A stretch of 63,886 bases of DNA, the filler included, from Octopus bimaculoides (taxonomy: Eukaryota): the NCBI RefSeq assembly GCF_001194135.2. It is 9 parts of 8 records of this genome, joined end to end, with 100 filler letters (N's around TTAATTAATTAA, not from the genome) between each part and the next. Parts side by side here need not be neighbours in the genome. Positions count along the whole stretch, not along the records: positions 39,647 to 47,555 come from NC_068986.1; positions 47,656 to 60,079 come from NC_068986.1; 7 more parts are not named here. One strand, 5' to 3'. Each line of letters begins with the position of its first letter. Positions within the stretch are counted from its first letter, which is position 1. Shown here in pieces: positions 40,268-53,610 of the stretch. The notes beneath the pieces were generated by a model. It was not told the origin of the DNA. It did no database searches and worked only from the letters and a program-made list of their open reading frames with translations. The position numbers and the translations under genes were made by a program.

Positions 40268-40365
40268 TACGTCAAAGTCGACCTCGGCGAAATTTGAACT
40301 CAAAAAACGTAACGACAGACGAAATACAGTTAAGCATTCCACGCGGCGCGCTAATATTTCTGTCA
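40268..40365 (-). mobile_element. SINE family B, 5' fragment
   Basis: AAAGTCGACCTCGGCGAAATTTGAACTCAAAAAACGTAACGACAGACGAAATAC. Confidence 0.8.
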
Positions 40366-41500
40366 GAAAGTAAACATTGGTTTTAGAAATATATTCTTTA
40401 TTCTTATAGCTGAAGCGTTATTCCCTTACTCTCTTACTTACTGACAGGAAATTTCGTAACATTTTACCTCATAACTCTTCATCTACAAAATTTTGTTCAA
40501 TGCGACTAGTGATTCTGAATTCCTCATAAAGTTTTCTGTCATTTAAGCCTAAGAAAAGTATACTTTTATTTTAAAATTAATAAGTTTATGCTAATTGAAG
40601 GTGAATAGGTGCCTTACTGCTCCCCTTGGGGTCGCAGATATTTTGATGTAACTTTTTTTTCTATTGAACCAAATCTCAAACTATTTATGCCAAAGTGTAG
40701 CTGTGGAAGTGTCCTCTTTAAAACTGTTAACAGTTTGCAATTTAGTTGAGAACTGAATTAGTGGTGAAGCTTGGAAGCTGCTGCGATTGACGAAATGGTG
40801 GACTTAAGAATATATTCAACCACTACCGTAGTTGAATGATAATGGACCAAAGTATTTCGCACGTACGATCGAGGATCTCAATCAGGCAGTATTTTCTTGT
40901 ACCATTTTCTATTGCAATGAAATTCCATTCTCTTTATGTCACTTACTTGGCTGATATTTCGATGAATGTATTGATGAAATTATGGGATTTCACTATCATT
41001 ACTTCCGGCACAATTTACTCTTACTTTTTGCGGCATATTAACCAAAATTATTATATATCTCAATCATCTAGGATCTGGCAAACACTGGTAAGGAAGTTTA
41101 ATAAGATTGACACAATGTCTGAAGTTGTCATTGTATTTAGCAAAGCTAGCAATCTCACTTCGTGTCCCTATTCAACATTTAATTATTTAGGAAATCGGTA
41201 CTGTCTCCTTTGTCTTTCTTGCCCATAAAAGCGAATGTCTGCTTTCTTTTTTTTTTCATTTTCTCTACGAGTACAGTTTTAATAAAATTTGGGGAGGGGT
41301 CTCACTATATTAAACACGTTAGTCAGTGTTTAACTATATTCATAATGACGTGTTACTCTACTCTATACTATAATACATTGCATAACAATTTGAATTTTTT
41401 CATTCCTGTTGCAATTACCCTACCCTGGAGTCTCATACATTCTATAATCTTCCCTATCTAAGTCATTATATAATACCGCATTCATCTTTGTTTCGATTCC

Positions 41501-42062
41501 GGATCTATTTTAAAACGGGGGCCACATTTTTCATTAATGTTTTACGTAGTGTTTTTGGTACGGAAAGACTTTCAAACTTCGTATACTTATCTATTTTGTG
41601 TTATAGAACAGAAAAATATTTTTGTATTCGAATTTATTTCATGTAAAAAATTGTCTTATTTCGATAATTTCAACCAATCACTGACAAGTATTCAGTTGTT
41701 TATATTTACTCCTATGGCTGATTAAGCGATGTAAAGCGTATTTAATCGCCATACCTTCGTTTTATTTGCTTTTTTCATTTTAAATTTGCTTTAACCCTAA
41801 CCCTAACCCTAGGGTTGGGGTTAATTGTTTCAGAATCGTTTGTTTATGTAGTCGGCACTTAATGTATATCGGCTGAATGGACGTCAGTGATTGGTTGAAA
41901 TTACAGAAATACGACAACTTTAACATGGAATAACTTATGGATTTCTTTTTTTTTTAAGAAGACTAAGAGAAAAAGATGTTTTATATGACACATTCTACCA
42001 GTGTTCCAAGTTTCAAAGTGTTTCGTTAATGAAAAATGTGGCCCCCGTTTTAAAAATGATCC
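41501..42062. mobile_element. Merlin-like MITE copy 2 (562 bp), opposite orientation to copy 1
   Basis: 31-bp TIR GGATC(TA/AT)TTTTAAAACGGGGGCCACATTTTT and perfect 8-bp TSD TCGATTCC (41493-41500 and 42063-42070). Body is homologous to 22438-23118; compare ORFs 22794-23126 and 41537-41725. Confidence 0.85.
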
Positions 42063-43410
42063 TCGATTCCTTTACGTCATCCAGTCACGTGACCAAAGGA
42101 TTGCTTTTTTTTTTTTTACCTAACAGACGTGTTACAGCAAAATGCCATGGCTCCTGCTATTTACAGACAAAATGTTGTGATCAGAAAAAGTTCCTCTTAA
42201 TTTGATCAATTCAATAAACCTCTGCTCCGAACGGCAATACAAGCAACGCCATCACCATTACTGCACATGGCTACAAATAAATTTAATAGTATCTGACCAA
42301 CATTTTCGTTACCTTCATCAACCTAACGTCATTTCTTCTTTGACCATCATCATCACAATTATCGTACTAAAAACACCATCACCACGGTTTTCATCTCCAT
42401 TAGTACTAAGACATTCACATCGATTGTTTCATCAACATTGTCACCACTACCTCCTCTAACGTCAGTATCTCAGTTCCCACCAGAAAACACAGCAGGTTTA
42501 CAGTTGTTTAGTAAAAGATGCACCTATGAATGTATAGGGAAAACAAATGTGAGGAAACTTTGATGGGGAATAGTGGAGCTGGTATTACTAATAGTTAAGA
42601 TAGTAGCATTGATAACGGGAACCATTGTTGTAGTGGTGGTGGTGATGACGGTAGAGGAAAGCAACAGCAGTGGTGGTGGTGGTGGTAGTAGTAAAGATGG
42701 CTATAATGGCTTTCTATGTGTAATAGTTCATCTTGATTTACCAGAAATACTGACTGTATCCACTGCAGTAAACTAAAAGACTTCGTCAACAGTAACAAGT
42801 TAACTACTGTAGCTACCAAAATAATTTATGAAATTTTACAATTTGATTGGTTCATATTTCATCTGACCTGTCGATAATTTGGTCAAGCCCTGTATAGTTC
42901 AAGTAGTAAGCTTTCTAGACATGATCTTTGCATTTATGTTAGGTATTAAACCATGTGATTCATCTGAAGTTGGAAATTTTGAGTAAGAGATTTGTTGGTT
43001 ATAACAGCAAACAGAGCATCTTGCATTAAAGTTCATTCACTGAGACACAGAATAGAATATGTTCATTGTAATATGCTGTAACATACATAATACATCAAAA
43101 TTGGCTTGTTGGACCTTAGAGGTTAAATACTGATAACATAACATCAGTAAAGAAGGGAAAAGTACAGAATATAGTGTGAGATTAAGATAGCTGATTTTTC
43201 ATCCGCTTCCTTGTTGATCATTTCTCAGAATTTCCAGTGTTCAACAGTAAAGGCTGCTTCTAAACCAGCTGGGTTTTTTTCTTTCTATATTTTATTTAAA
43301 ACCTTTCTATCCGAAATGTTGTTACCATCCAAGCAACAAGATAGCTAGTAAACAACAGAAGAACAGTGACACATAAAACATGAGAGCTTTATAAGTGAAA
43401 ATGAATAATA

Positions 43411-43635
43411 CCAAACTATTTTCTAACACTGAGCATAACTTTTTTATATGATTTTGAAATGTTATATTACCAAGGCATCAGCTAATGAGAAACTGTAATA
43501 GTTGGCACTATTCATTTTGAATGGTTCCAAATATTTTCTGAGCACTGAGCATATCTTTCTTTTGATATTATGTTTTTGAAATATTATATTACCAAAACAA
43601 TCAGCTAATGAGAAATTGTAACAATTAACCCTATC
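43411..43635. repeat. Local tandem duplication, period ~115-120 bp
   Basis: CCAAA(C)TATTTTCT..CACTGAGCATA..TTTTGAAAT(G/A)TTATATTACCAA..ATCAGCTAATGAGAAA occurs twice. Confidence 0.8.
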
Positions 43636-43793
43636 ATATCACTATCATTTTCTCTTGATTGCTGCAGCCAATCATCAAGGTGTCATACCAGATGCTCTGA
43701 CAGTCAGCAGTCACCACTTGTTCTTATCCTCTGTCACGTTCAGAAGGATCACGAAGTTGGGACCTGTTCATTCCTTGAATTTAACAAATAAAA

Positions 43794-43900
<107 letters not shown>

Positions 43901-44361
43901 ATCTTCCTTTTACCATGCCTTGGAGAATGGCTTTGAGCTGGATGTCATGCCAGATGCATGCATGTACCAAGAGAGCTTTTAGCATTTCACAGTAGCAAAG
44001 TGTTGATCCTTGCTTGTCAGCATATTTGGTAACTTGCTTGCCTTTTGCTTTGTGCTTGAGAAGCACTTGTTCTCAAATGCCTGAATTCTTTTATACATTA
44101 GTTAAAGTTCTTCAGCATATTTCTCCTAAATCCCACTTTTCTCAGAGCTTCAAGAAGATAAATATATTTTTCAGCTTGCTGTGTGGCTTAGGCTAACTCT
44201 GAGTGAGTAGACATATGACATACTGGGAGTTAGCCAAATTGTTAGATGAAACCCACAGATCTTTTGTTCCAGATATATCGTACCTCTTACTAGCTGAGAG
44301 CTACACTGTACACTCTTACATACAGTGATGAATCATATCAATGCAGAGTGATATTATAGAT

Positions 44362-44770
44362 ATTCTTTTATTCCTTTATTTGTTTCAGTCATTTGATTGC
44401 AGCCATGCTGGAGCACTACCTTGAAGGGTTTTAGTCAAACAAATCAACTCTAGGACTTATTTTTTAAAGCCTAGTACTTATTCTACCGATCTCTCTTACT
44501 GAACCACTAAGTTACAGGGACGTAAACACACCAACACTGGTTGTCAAATGGTGAGGGGAGCCCAAACACAAAGACACACACACATAGATAAATACATGTA
44601 TATATGATGGGCTTCTTTCAGTTTCCATCTACCAAATCCACTCACAAGGCTTTGATCAGCCCAAGACTATAGTAGAAGACACTTGCCCAAGGTGCCAGGC
44701 AGTAGGACTGAACTTGGAACCATGTAGTTGGGAAGCAAGCTTCTTACCACACAGCCATGCCTGTGCCTAT
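44362..44770 (-). mobile_element. SINE family A, full length
   Basis: Complete reverse complement from tail to head. Confidence 0.9.
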
Positions 44771-44871
44771 ATGGTATATCCTCTTCACTGTCTAGTCTGT
44801 TCCTTTATGTCTGTAGATTCTGATGATGTCTGTGGCATTAGAATTCCTGGGTGAGGATGTGTGATTACATC

Positions 44872-45850
44872 ATTTAATGTTCGTTTTCCATGCTAGCATG
44901 GTTAGAACCAGGAGCCACATCAAGTTCCATTGTCTGTTATGGCATGGTTTCTACAGCCGGATGCCCTTCCTTTACAGAATGCCAACCACTTTACTGAATG
45001 TACTGGGTGCTTTTTATGTGACACCAGTGCTTTTTTAAATAGTACCATCACCAGTGCTTTTTATGTGGAACTAGCATCAGTGTCTTTTACATGACACCAG
45101 CACTGACAGAGTCACCAAATATCCTGCAAGACAACCCCCCCCCCAACTGGGAGGAGAGGGTAAAATTGAGTAGGATGTGGTTTTGTACCAGTTGAGAAAT
45201 TTAAGGTATAGAGGGGACAGATATAGGTGTCTTGCTGTAGAGAAGAACATGGATACTCCAGTTGGAAAATAAAAGAGAGTGAATTGGAGAGTAGGATAAA
45301 GAGAGTGATAGTGAGGGAGATGTGCCAGGACATTCCTTGGGGGACATTGGGTGGGGGGATGAGAATAGATGAGGTGATACAGAGTATGAATTCAGTGAGT
45401 GGGCAGGACAGAGGTGACTGTAGCAAATTGATGAAGTGAAATATAGGAGAGGTTTGGGGGTAAGGGTTACAATAAGATACGTGAGGGCATTGAGGGTGAT
45501 AGCAGTTAAGTGAGGAGTTAATGATAGAGAATAGCACAAGGAGGGAAGAAAAGGTGCCGAAACAAGGTGATTGGTGGGGAGTAAAAGTAACTGAGAAAGC
45601 CAGTGGGTGTAGTATGTGCTTATTCTGCTCTCAGATGATAGAGTAAGTGATGTGTGTCAGGGGATGAAATGTTGGTGGGAGAGATGGTTGACAGAGCAGA
45701 GCCCCTCATCAACTTGCATTACCAAGGTGGTTTTGAGATATCAATTCAGCTGTGGTGGGTGGATTTTCTTGAGTACAGCAAGGTACCAGATATCTTGGTC
45801 CTTCGTCATCATGTTACAAATCTTATAAGTTTCTGTGCCACCTAGGATAT
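44872..45850 (-). mobile_element. RTE-type LINE 3' end with long UTR
   Basis: Same tail as 4478-4665 in reverse; MMTKDQDIWYLAVLKK near 45770-45820 resembles an RTE C-terminus. Confidence 0.55.
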
Positions 45851-46099
45851 AACTCTATGTAATAGGGATTATGCCTACAATATTTGCATTTACATTGTGC
45901 TGCACTATGATCATGTAACCTAGCTTATAATAGTTAAAGATATAACGACATTAGTTGAAATGACTGTACCATAAATAGATTGATTTACATAGCAAAACTC
46001 TTGTACAGAAAAGTAATACTGATAAAAGAGATCTTAAACTGTGTCGGTCATCCAGTAACCATCAGGACAGTTGCTAGGTATCTTTGTCTTTAATCCTTT

Positions 46100-46297
46100 C
46101 TTTTACCTGTTTCAGTCATTAGACTGTGACCATGCTGGGGCACCACATTGAACTTCTAGTTGAATGACTCATCCCCGGTATTTATTTTTTAAGACTGGTA
46201 CTTATTCTATCCGTCACTTTTGCAGACTCACTAACTTACGGGGACATAAACACATCAACACCGATTGTCAAGTGGTGATGGGTGGCGGGGGACAAAC
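46100..46297 (-). mobile_element. SINE family A, 3' half
   Basis: TGTTTCAGTCATTAGACTGTGACCATGCTGGGGCACC. Confidence 0.8.
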
Positions 46298-46299
46298 TG

Positions 46300-46830
46300 T
46301 TATGATCCTTAAAAGTATTGGATTGTTATAACACCCACTTCAGTATACACTCTGTGCCAAATAAATTAAGTGAACTTTTTAACACATATATCTTTGCCTT
46401 TTGTGTTTGACTGCAAAATGTTACATTATATACAAATTCACTGAAAAAATATAATCTTTTTCCCATAACACCATGTGCTACCATTTTCGATTTAATTAAT
46501 TTCAGCTTACCGACATATTTCCAAGTGTTTTCGTTTATAATGGTGATATCACTTCCAGTGTCTAATTTCGTTTTAACAGTTGTATTTCTGATTTTCACCT
46601 TCATGAATTTCCTCATCATTATATTACCAAATTATTCCAATGACATACTATTTATTCTTTTTCCTTTGTTCTGAGGTTTTATCATCTTCATTCTACAGTG
46701 TATCTTTATATGTCTGATATTACCACAACGAAAGCACTCTGCTTTCTTAAATGGACAACTTTTTCTCGGGTGTATACCTCCACATGCAAAACATGGTCAT
46801 TTATGACCAAAGGGGGTCCTTTTTTATGTA
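46300..46830 (-). mobile_element. Ty3/gypsy gag zinc knuckles plus aspartic protease fragment
   Basis: CFACGGIHPRKSC..CFRCGNIRHIKIHC (two CCHC knuckles), one stop, then KLDTGSDITII in the same frame. Confidence 0.85.
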
Positions 46831-47408
46831 TATATATGTATATACTTATATATATATATATCATATTCGTATTTAAATTTTGCAAAATTCATGAACTAAA
46901 TTTTGTAAATCTCTGAAGAGGCCTAGTGAATCATGCATGTACCCCCATTACATCATTTCCATCTACTAATTACTCCAGCATACGGGAGCTGTAGAGATAG
47001 AATGGGGCATACCAATGCTAGGCCAAAACAGCTGTAAGATTTTGTCCCTTCTCCAATTGCTAGATGTCCTTTAAATTTGAAATCTTAATTGTTGATATGA
47101 CATGGTATGTCATAAGTGTCTGTATATTGTCTTTTTTGTCATTTTGGTTGTAAAATAAACAGATTAATCAACGGAATACAGTGTCTGCAAGTTGATGAAT
47201 ACCTCATATTCCCCTCCATTTTCTTATTGCTATATAAATTTAGGTTAAAAAAAACCCTTTTACCTACACCCACTTATTGCACTTGGTATAACACTAGTGT
47301 AACAATAATTGGGTACCCTCCCAGCAGTATATTGGATAGATATTATCCCTTAGTGGGTTGGACCCTCAACCCCTAACTCTCTTGGATTATATATATATAT
47401 ATATATTA

Positions 47409-47458
<50 letters not shown>

Positions 47459-47459
<1 letters not shown>

Positions 47460-47545
47460 TCCAACCAACTAGGGGAAGCAATATTTTGGATCTCTGCTTC
47501 ACAAACAATGTGAGCCTAATCCATAATGTGAAAATAACGCCCACA
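47459..47545 (+). mobile_element. CR1/Jockey-group LINE endonuclease fragment
   Basis: QPTRGSNILDLCFTNN..VKITPTSLS matches the PTR..ILDL..TN..SDH motif; cut by a gap. Confidence 0.75.
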
Positions 47546-47655
47546 TCTCTCTCAGNNNNNNNNNNNNNNNNNNNNNNNNNNNNNNNNNNNNNNNNNNNNT
47601 TAATTAATTAANNNNNNNNNNNNNNNNNNNNNNNNNNNNNNNNNNNNNNNNNNNN

Positions 47656-47763
47656 ATCATCATCATCATCATCATAAGCAGCAGCAAAATTATCATATTC
47701 GTCTTCCTTGTTGCCCTTCTCATCCTCATCTTCATTATCATCCTCATCACTACTTCCACCACC

Positions 47764-47798
<35 letters not shown>

Positions 47799-48000
47799 TT
47801 TTATTATTCTGTGCGGCTTTGTGACAAGCTGATCAAAAGGATACATTTGAATTGATCAGCTAAGAATGCTGAAACCCCTCCATCTCTATCCACACCCACA
47901 ACAACGACCACCACCACAACAACAACAACAACAAATACAACAACAACAACAACAACAACAAATACTACAACAACAACAACAACAACAATATCTGACCACT
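47656..48000. repeat. (CAT)/(CAC)/(CAA) trinucleotide field
   Basis: Direct reading; similar fields at 48345-48540, 51085-51230 and 53010-53345. Confidence 0.9.
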
Positions 48001-48571
48001 CAGTGGTCAACAAAGTGAGTGCCCAGTAGAGAAATGAAGACATTTCGTAAAAAGACGTTTGTACAATCCACATTACAGTCCACACATACACACACATGTA
48101 TCTATAAACACACACACACACACACACGAACGTTCACAGAGAGATGCACACACATAAAAACATACGCACATGCACACAAACACACACACACATACATACA
48201 CACACACACACACAAGCATACACGCACAAACGCACATTCAAACATGCACACAAATACAAACATACGCAAACATAAATAGACACATATGCAATCATACATG
48301 CAAAGACACGTACACACACCATCTTTGACCAATTCTCCATTGTCCGCTAACAACAACACCACCATCACGACAACGGTTTTGGCAATCACCAACCACCACC
48401 ACCACCACCACCACCACCACCACTATTCACCACGAATACCCAAACCACTATCACTACTATTGCCATCACCTCACTACAAAAATTATCACCGCTGCCGCCA
48501 CCACCACAGTGGACACCGACTCCATTACCATAACCATTGTCGAGCGATCTGGTTTCATTATATATTACCTC

Positions 48572-48790
48572 AAAGCGGCGTGCTGGAATCCTTATCACTC
48601 TGGACAAAATGCTTAGCGACATTTCGTCCGCCTTTTAGGTTCTGATCTCAAATTCCGCCGAGGTCAACTTTACTCTTCATCCTCTCGAGGTCGAAAAAAT
48701 AAGTACTAGTTGGAGCGCTGGGGTCGATGTAATCGGTTAGTCCCCTCGCGCCAAATTTCAGGCCTTTCGTTTATAGTAAAAAGGATTATA
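48572..48790 (+). mobile_element. SINE family B, diverged, full length
   Basis: Head, B box, central domain and CCAAATTTCAGGCC tail are present. Confidence 0.8.
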
Positions 48791-48899
48791 TATTGCCTCA
48801 GCGACCACTTGAACATTTTGCGTAAGTGAAACTCAGATTAACAACAGAATGAACCACTAATTCTTTTCCAATACACACACACATATATACATATTCAAG

Positions 48900-49790
48900 A
48901 ATATGATGATAATCGTTGCTCGGAAACCAGATATTGTTGTGGTAGATAAGGTAAAAAGGAAACTAAGATTATAAATATTACCATACCTGAGGATGCACGT
49001 ATAAGTGACAAACAACTAGAAAAGACTTTAACGTCGAGGGTTCCAGTTGATCCGATCAACGGAACAGCCGGCTCGTGAAATTAACGTGCAAGTGGCCGAG
49101 CACTCCACAGACACGTGTACCTTTAACGTAGTTCTCGGGGATATTCAGCGTGACACAGTGTGACAAGGCTGACCCTTTGAATCACAGGCACAACAGATAC
49201 ATGAAGTATGAGTGAGAGAAAGTTGTGGTGAGAGAGTACAGCAGGGTTCGCCACCATCCCCCTGCTGGAGCCTCGTGGAGCTTTAGGTGTTTTTTCGATC
49301 AATAAACACTCACAACACCCGGTCTAGGAATTGAAACCGCGATCCTATGACCGCGAGTCCGCTTCCCTAACCACTGGGCCATTGCGCCTCCACTACTATA
49401 ACGTACAGACTACTAAAAGACGAAATTGCAAGAATGAGAACAATAAGGAGAGTGTCTGTCATTCCAGTAGTTGTAGGGGTACTCGGAGCACAAACAACCA
49501 AGTTTGAGAAATATGTCAGAGAAATCGGAATTGATATGAGAGCAGGGCAAGCCCCCCCCCACTCCCGACTGTTCTGCTAGTGGCAGCTAATATTTTGAGA
49601 TTGGTACTCGGGTATTGAATGTCTTCCACGATAATTATCAACCAATTATTAAAGCTTATAATGTGCGGAAGGAGACCCTGTGAAACCTCTGACAGCAACC
49701 TGCTGTCCGCTCTTACAAAATCTACCAGAGCAAACAAGATTGAGCGCTCTGAGAAGTAAAACAACAACAACAACAACAGCAATAATGATG
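48900..49790 (+). mobile_element. Dong/R4 RLE 3' fragment, interrupted by a family C SINE
   Basis: ARKPDIVVVDK..IPEDARISDKQLEK, then the SINE, then YRLLKDEIARM..VIPVVVGVLG..NILRLVL. Same family as 4015-4450. Confidence 0.85.
49031..49393 (-). mobile_element. tRNA-derived SINE family C
   Basis: Reverse complement of 58929-59290. Confidence 0.9.
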
Positions 49791-49929
49791 ATGATGATGA
49801 TTTTGGTACATTAGTGTCTTCTAAAAGAAATAGGAATTTCTTGCTTACGTTAGTTTTAGCATTTAGGGAGAAAGTTGAGTGTGTGTGTGTGGGGGGGAAC
49901 CAAATTTTATTTCTAGATCTCTTTATAAG

Positions 49930-50790
49930 TATATTTTTATAATTCATATTTTTACTAGAAAGGTTGCAATATATCTCATCATTGAAAAGTAACAGTGCTT
50001 TTATACAGGGCGTTGTTATAGGAGGAAGCTACCTTATCAAAAATTTCTTTTGAAGAAGAGAGTTTGCATATCCCATTACTAATGTTGGCTAACATATTTT
50101 TAGACACTGTAGGGATCGAGGTGAGAGGACTGTTAGTGCATGTAGAAGAGTTTCTCGTTTGGCTTATGATATGATTCATAAGAGTGTGGGTTTAGATCAG
50201 GGCTGGCCAACCTGAGACTCACGGGTCACATGTGGCCTGCAGACTTTTATGTTGCGGCCCGCTTGATACTTTCTTGAAATGGGTTTATTTAAACAAACAT
50301 TAAAAAAAATTTATCAAAAATTAAAGTTTGTAATAAAAAGTAAAAAAAGAAAGGTACTACTGTTTTTGCAGCGATGAAATTCTATACTGAATCAACGGGC
50401 ATTCATTCATTATTGTAATAATAGCATGAGAAAGCAAAATGCTTTTAATTCTGTCAGTATACAAGCGGCCCTCAAAAAACTTTCTGTATTTAAAGTAGCC
50501 CGCAATGTAATTCGAGTTGGCCATGCTTGGTTTAGATCAAGCACCTTAAAATCAACTTTTGATAGATTAGTAGTAAAAGTGATTTTGGGGGTAATTGAAC
50601 TAAATGCATCGATGAGTTTTTACCTAAACTTATCAATAGTGCGACCATCACAACCATGAAATATTCCCAACCCATCATCTCATTGACTGCGTTCAGTAAA
50701 GATATATTCAAATATTGTACATCTAGAGCTACATTATCGAAGGCATTTCTCCTTTGTAAACACCGTACAATGCTATTCGAGGAACATCTG
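49930..50790 (-). mobile_element. Penelope-like element RT fragment, interrupted by a hAT MITE
   Basis: *DDGLGIF..KITFTTNLSKVDF..YHKPNEKLFYMH..KLSSSKEIFDKVASSYNNALYKS matches Penelope RT motifs YRDDGL, LKIVNFLD, YRKPN and SKEIF..Y..AL. Confidence 0.75.
50198..50529. mobile_element. hAT (Charlie-like) MITE
   Basis: TIRs CAGGGCTGGCCAAC and GTTGGCCATGCTTG; perfect 8-bp TSD GTTTAGAT (50190-50197 and 50530-50537). Confidence 0.9.
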
Positions 50791-50798
50791 ACTACTCT

Positions 50799-51036
50799 TT
50801 CTTATTTCTTTGTTGCCCACAAGGGGTTAAACATAGAGGGGACAAACAAGGACAGACAAAGGGATTAAGTCGATTACATCGACCCGAATGCGTAACTGGT
50901 ACTTAATTTATCGACCCCGAAAGGATGAAAGACAAAGTCAACCTCGGCGGAATTTGAACTCAGAACGTAACGGCAGACGAAATACCGCTAAGCATTTCGC
51001 CCGGCGCGCTAACGTTTCTGCCAGCTCACCGCCTTA
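50799..51036 (-). mobile_element. SINE family B, young, full length
   Basis: Near-identical to 63177-63410; probable TSD ACT(A/G)CTCTTTCT. Confidence 0.92.
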
Positions 51037-51644
51037 CTGCTCTTTCTAGTAGGTCCACCGAGCTCACTCAGAAACCCTCATCATGTACTGTTGTTGTTGT
51101 TGTTGTTGTTGTTGCTGTTTTTGTTGTTATCATTAATGCTATTGTTTTCGTTATTCTTGCTTTGTTATTGTTGTTATTGCTGCTGTTGCTGTTAATGTTA
51201 TTCTTCTTAATGTTGATTTTGTTGTTGTTGTTAAATAGACTTCTGATCAAGCAGTCTATAGAATAGAAAACGATCTAGCCATGGTCATCCCATTGATAGT
51301 TGGCAATCAGTGTACAATGTCTTTCAGTCTTTACAGATGACCACATCTGTTAAAACTGTCAAAACTAAACAAATTTCAACAGATGTTGTATTCTCAGTGC
51401 GCATGCCCGTGCATTTTAAGTGCTGGCATTCCTTGGTAGCAGATGGACATCAACGGTGATTTGAATAGGGGGAGTAACTGAATCACTGCTCACACACACG
51501 GGACACACACAGACGCTGCGACACAACACACGTATACATACATATACATTCAAAACACATTTACACACACACATACGCATATATATATTTAGATATATAC
51601 ACACACACACATCTATCTATCTCCCTCTCCCTCTCTTTCTCTCT

Positions 51645-51676
<32 letters not shown>

Positions 51677-51844
51677 CATACATATATACTTAGGTACGCA
51701 CAGATATATACATACATGCATGCATACATAGACAAATATACATAGACAAATATACATATTCACATGAATACATCTATGTATGTATGTATGTATGTATGTA
51801 TGTATGTATGTATGTATCTATCTATCTATCTATTTATCTATCTG

Positions 51845-52760
51845 TGAATCAAACAGAGACCGAAGCTAGGCGAATGGCACCGCGAGTACCGCCTTGCTCT
51901 CAAGCAGCTCTGCCGTCCGAGACTAAATTTGTACAACTTCAATTCCACGAAGGCGTTCTATAGAGGATTAGTGGTGGGGAGGTGTGATGACGTTCTTGGG
52001 GAGAATCTAAGGGTCGACGAGGAACACCTGACCCGCCTGTTCAGAACAATTTTCGGGCCGGGACCTATGGAGAATCACCAGAGATCTCTGGCTTAGCTGT
52101 GCTATCAGGAAGCATTGTCAGTTCGGGATAAGTTCTACAGGCACGGTTCGAGATATACCGGACCGACTTGCCCGAGATGCGGTCAGAGCGACGAAACCGT
52201 TCTGCATGCACTCGTGCAGTGTCCAACAATTTCTGGCCTGTGCGCTTATGCCAAACGGCTGCTGTCACGTGTGGGACGAATTCGTTTGTCAGCCGAACCG
52301 ATCGTGAAAATTGCTCCGCCACCTTCCCCCAACCGGGAAGGCAAGGCAGTCTTCATCGTACTGGTGGCCATGGTGAAAAAATGTGTGTGGTAGACTCGAG
52401 CGAAACGTTTAGAGACAAACACTTTCCTCTCTGGCCAATCGCTCATTAATTTTTCAAGTATCACTTGAAAAGGAAGATGAGAATAGAGAGGCAAGTTTTG
52501 TCTNNNNNNNNNNATGAAAGATTCAATAAAAGACGGGTGAATGTAGTAAAGATGGTACTCGCGAATGACGAAACCACTTTGAACATGATCTTGTAAATCC
52601 AAAAAGAGAGAGAGAGAGAGCACTTTGCTCTCATCTGTTTTTTTCCCTCTCTGCCTGAGGTTACCGTGGTCATTTTTGTAGGCTTTCTTTCCACGAATAA
52701 ACCTAATCTGTTTTTTTTACGTTTTTGCTCTGTTCTGTGATACACCATCACTTTTGATCA
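51845..52760 (+). mobile_element. L1/Tx1-clade LINE 3' end with C-terminal zinc finger and 3' UTR
   Basis: ALSVRDKFYRHG..TCPRCGQSDETVLHALVQC..VKKCVW*TR is a zf-RVT-type CCHC motif; T-rich UTR follows. Confidence 0.85.
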
Positions 52761-52814
52761 TTTTTTTTTTGTTTTTTTTTTACACAACAGCACACAATCT
52801 TGGAAGAGATCCTC

Positions 52815-53040
52815 TACGTGGTCACTCAACCGGTCAGAAACCACAGTCAAGTCTTGTCTCAAATCACAGAACGCAGTTTTAAAATGAAGAAAAAGACTCA
52901 TTGGATAATGTAATCCAACATACTCACCGAAAGATGAGATGATCACGGTTTTTGATTATAAATCTGCACGATTACAGTTGACCTAGGGCTACACAGGAAC
53001 AAGAACAAAAACAACAGTTACAGTAACAACAACAACAATA
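52815..53040 (+). mobile_element. Retroposon tail (family D) ending in (AAC)n
   Basis: CTCAAATCACA..CATTGGATAATGTA..GACCTAGGGCTA..AACAAC. Related copies at 53705-53875 and, reversed, 51238-51295. Confidence 0.5.
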
Positions 53041-53118
53041 ACAACAGCAGAAACAACAGCATCAATAACAACAACAACAAACATCAACTATAACAGCTAC
53101 AGCAGCAACAACGACGCC

Positions 53119-53149
<31 letters not shown>

Positions 53150-53256
53150 TGAACAACAACTACACCAGCTGCAGCGTGTCACAGATTAAACGAATATTAC
53201 ATTAAAGAAAAAGAAAAGAGGCTATTAAAAAGAAATCTTCAACCAGAAAACTGACT

Positions 53257-53320
<64 letters not shown>

Positions 53321-53520
53321 GATGCTGCTGCTGCTGCTGCTGCGCTTTAATAACCATTAAACAGTAGGTGGCTGCAAAATCTGGTGTAAAACGAGAAAGT
53401 GGTGGCGACAAGAAAGGAGCGTTAAACAAACTGGTGTGTCAATAATTACTCCATCTTGGTTGGAGACTGAATTATGCTGAGTACCCGTGGAAACGAAGCG
53501 GGTGGTGGTGGTGGGGCACT

Positions 53521-53610
<90 letters not shown>

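Noticed and set aside
46960-47110. CR1-like RT relic on the minus strand (ALVCPIL..)
   Set aside because: Needs several frameshifts to fit; too weak to call.
47804-48645. Poly-His, poly-Val and poly-Gly ORFs as transcription factor fragments
   Set aside because: Trinucleotide repeats with no flanking domain or splice support.
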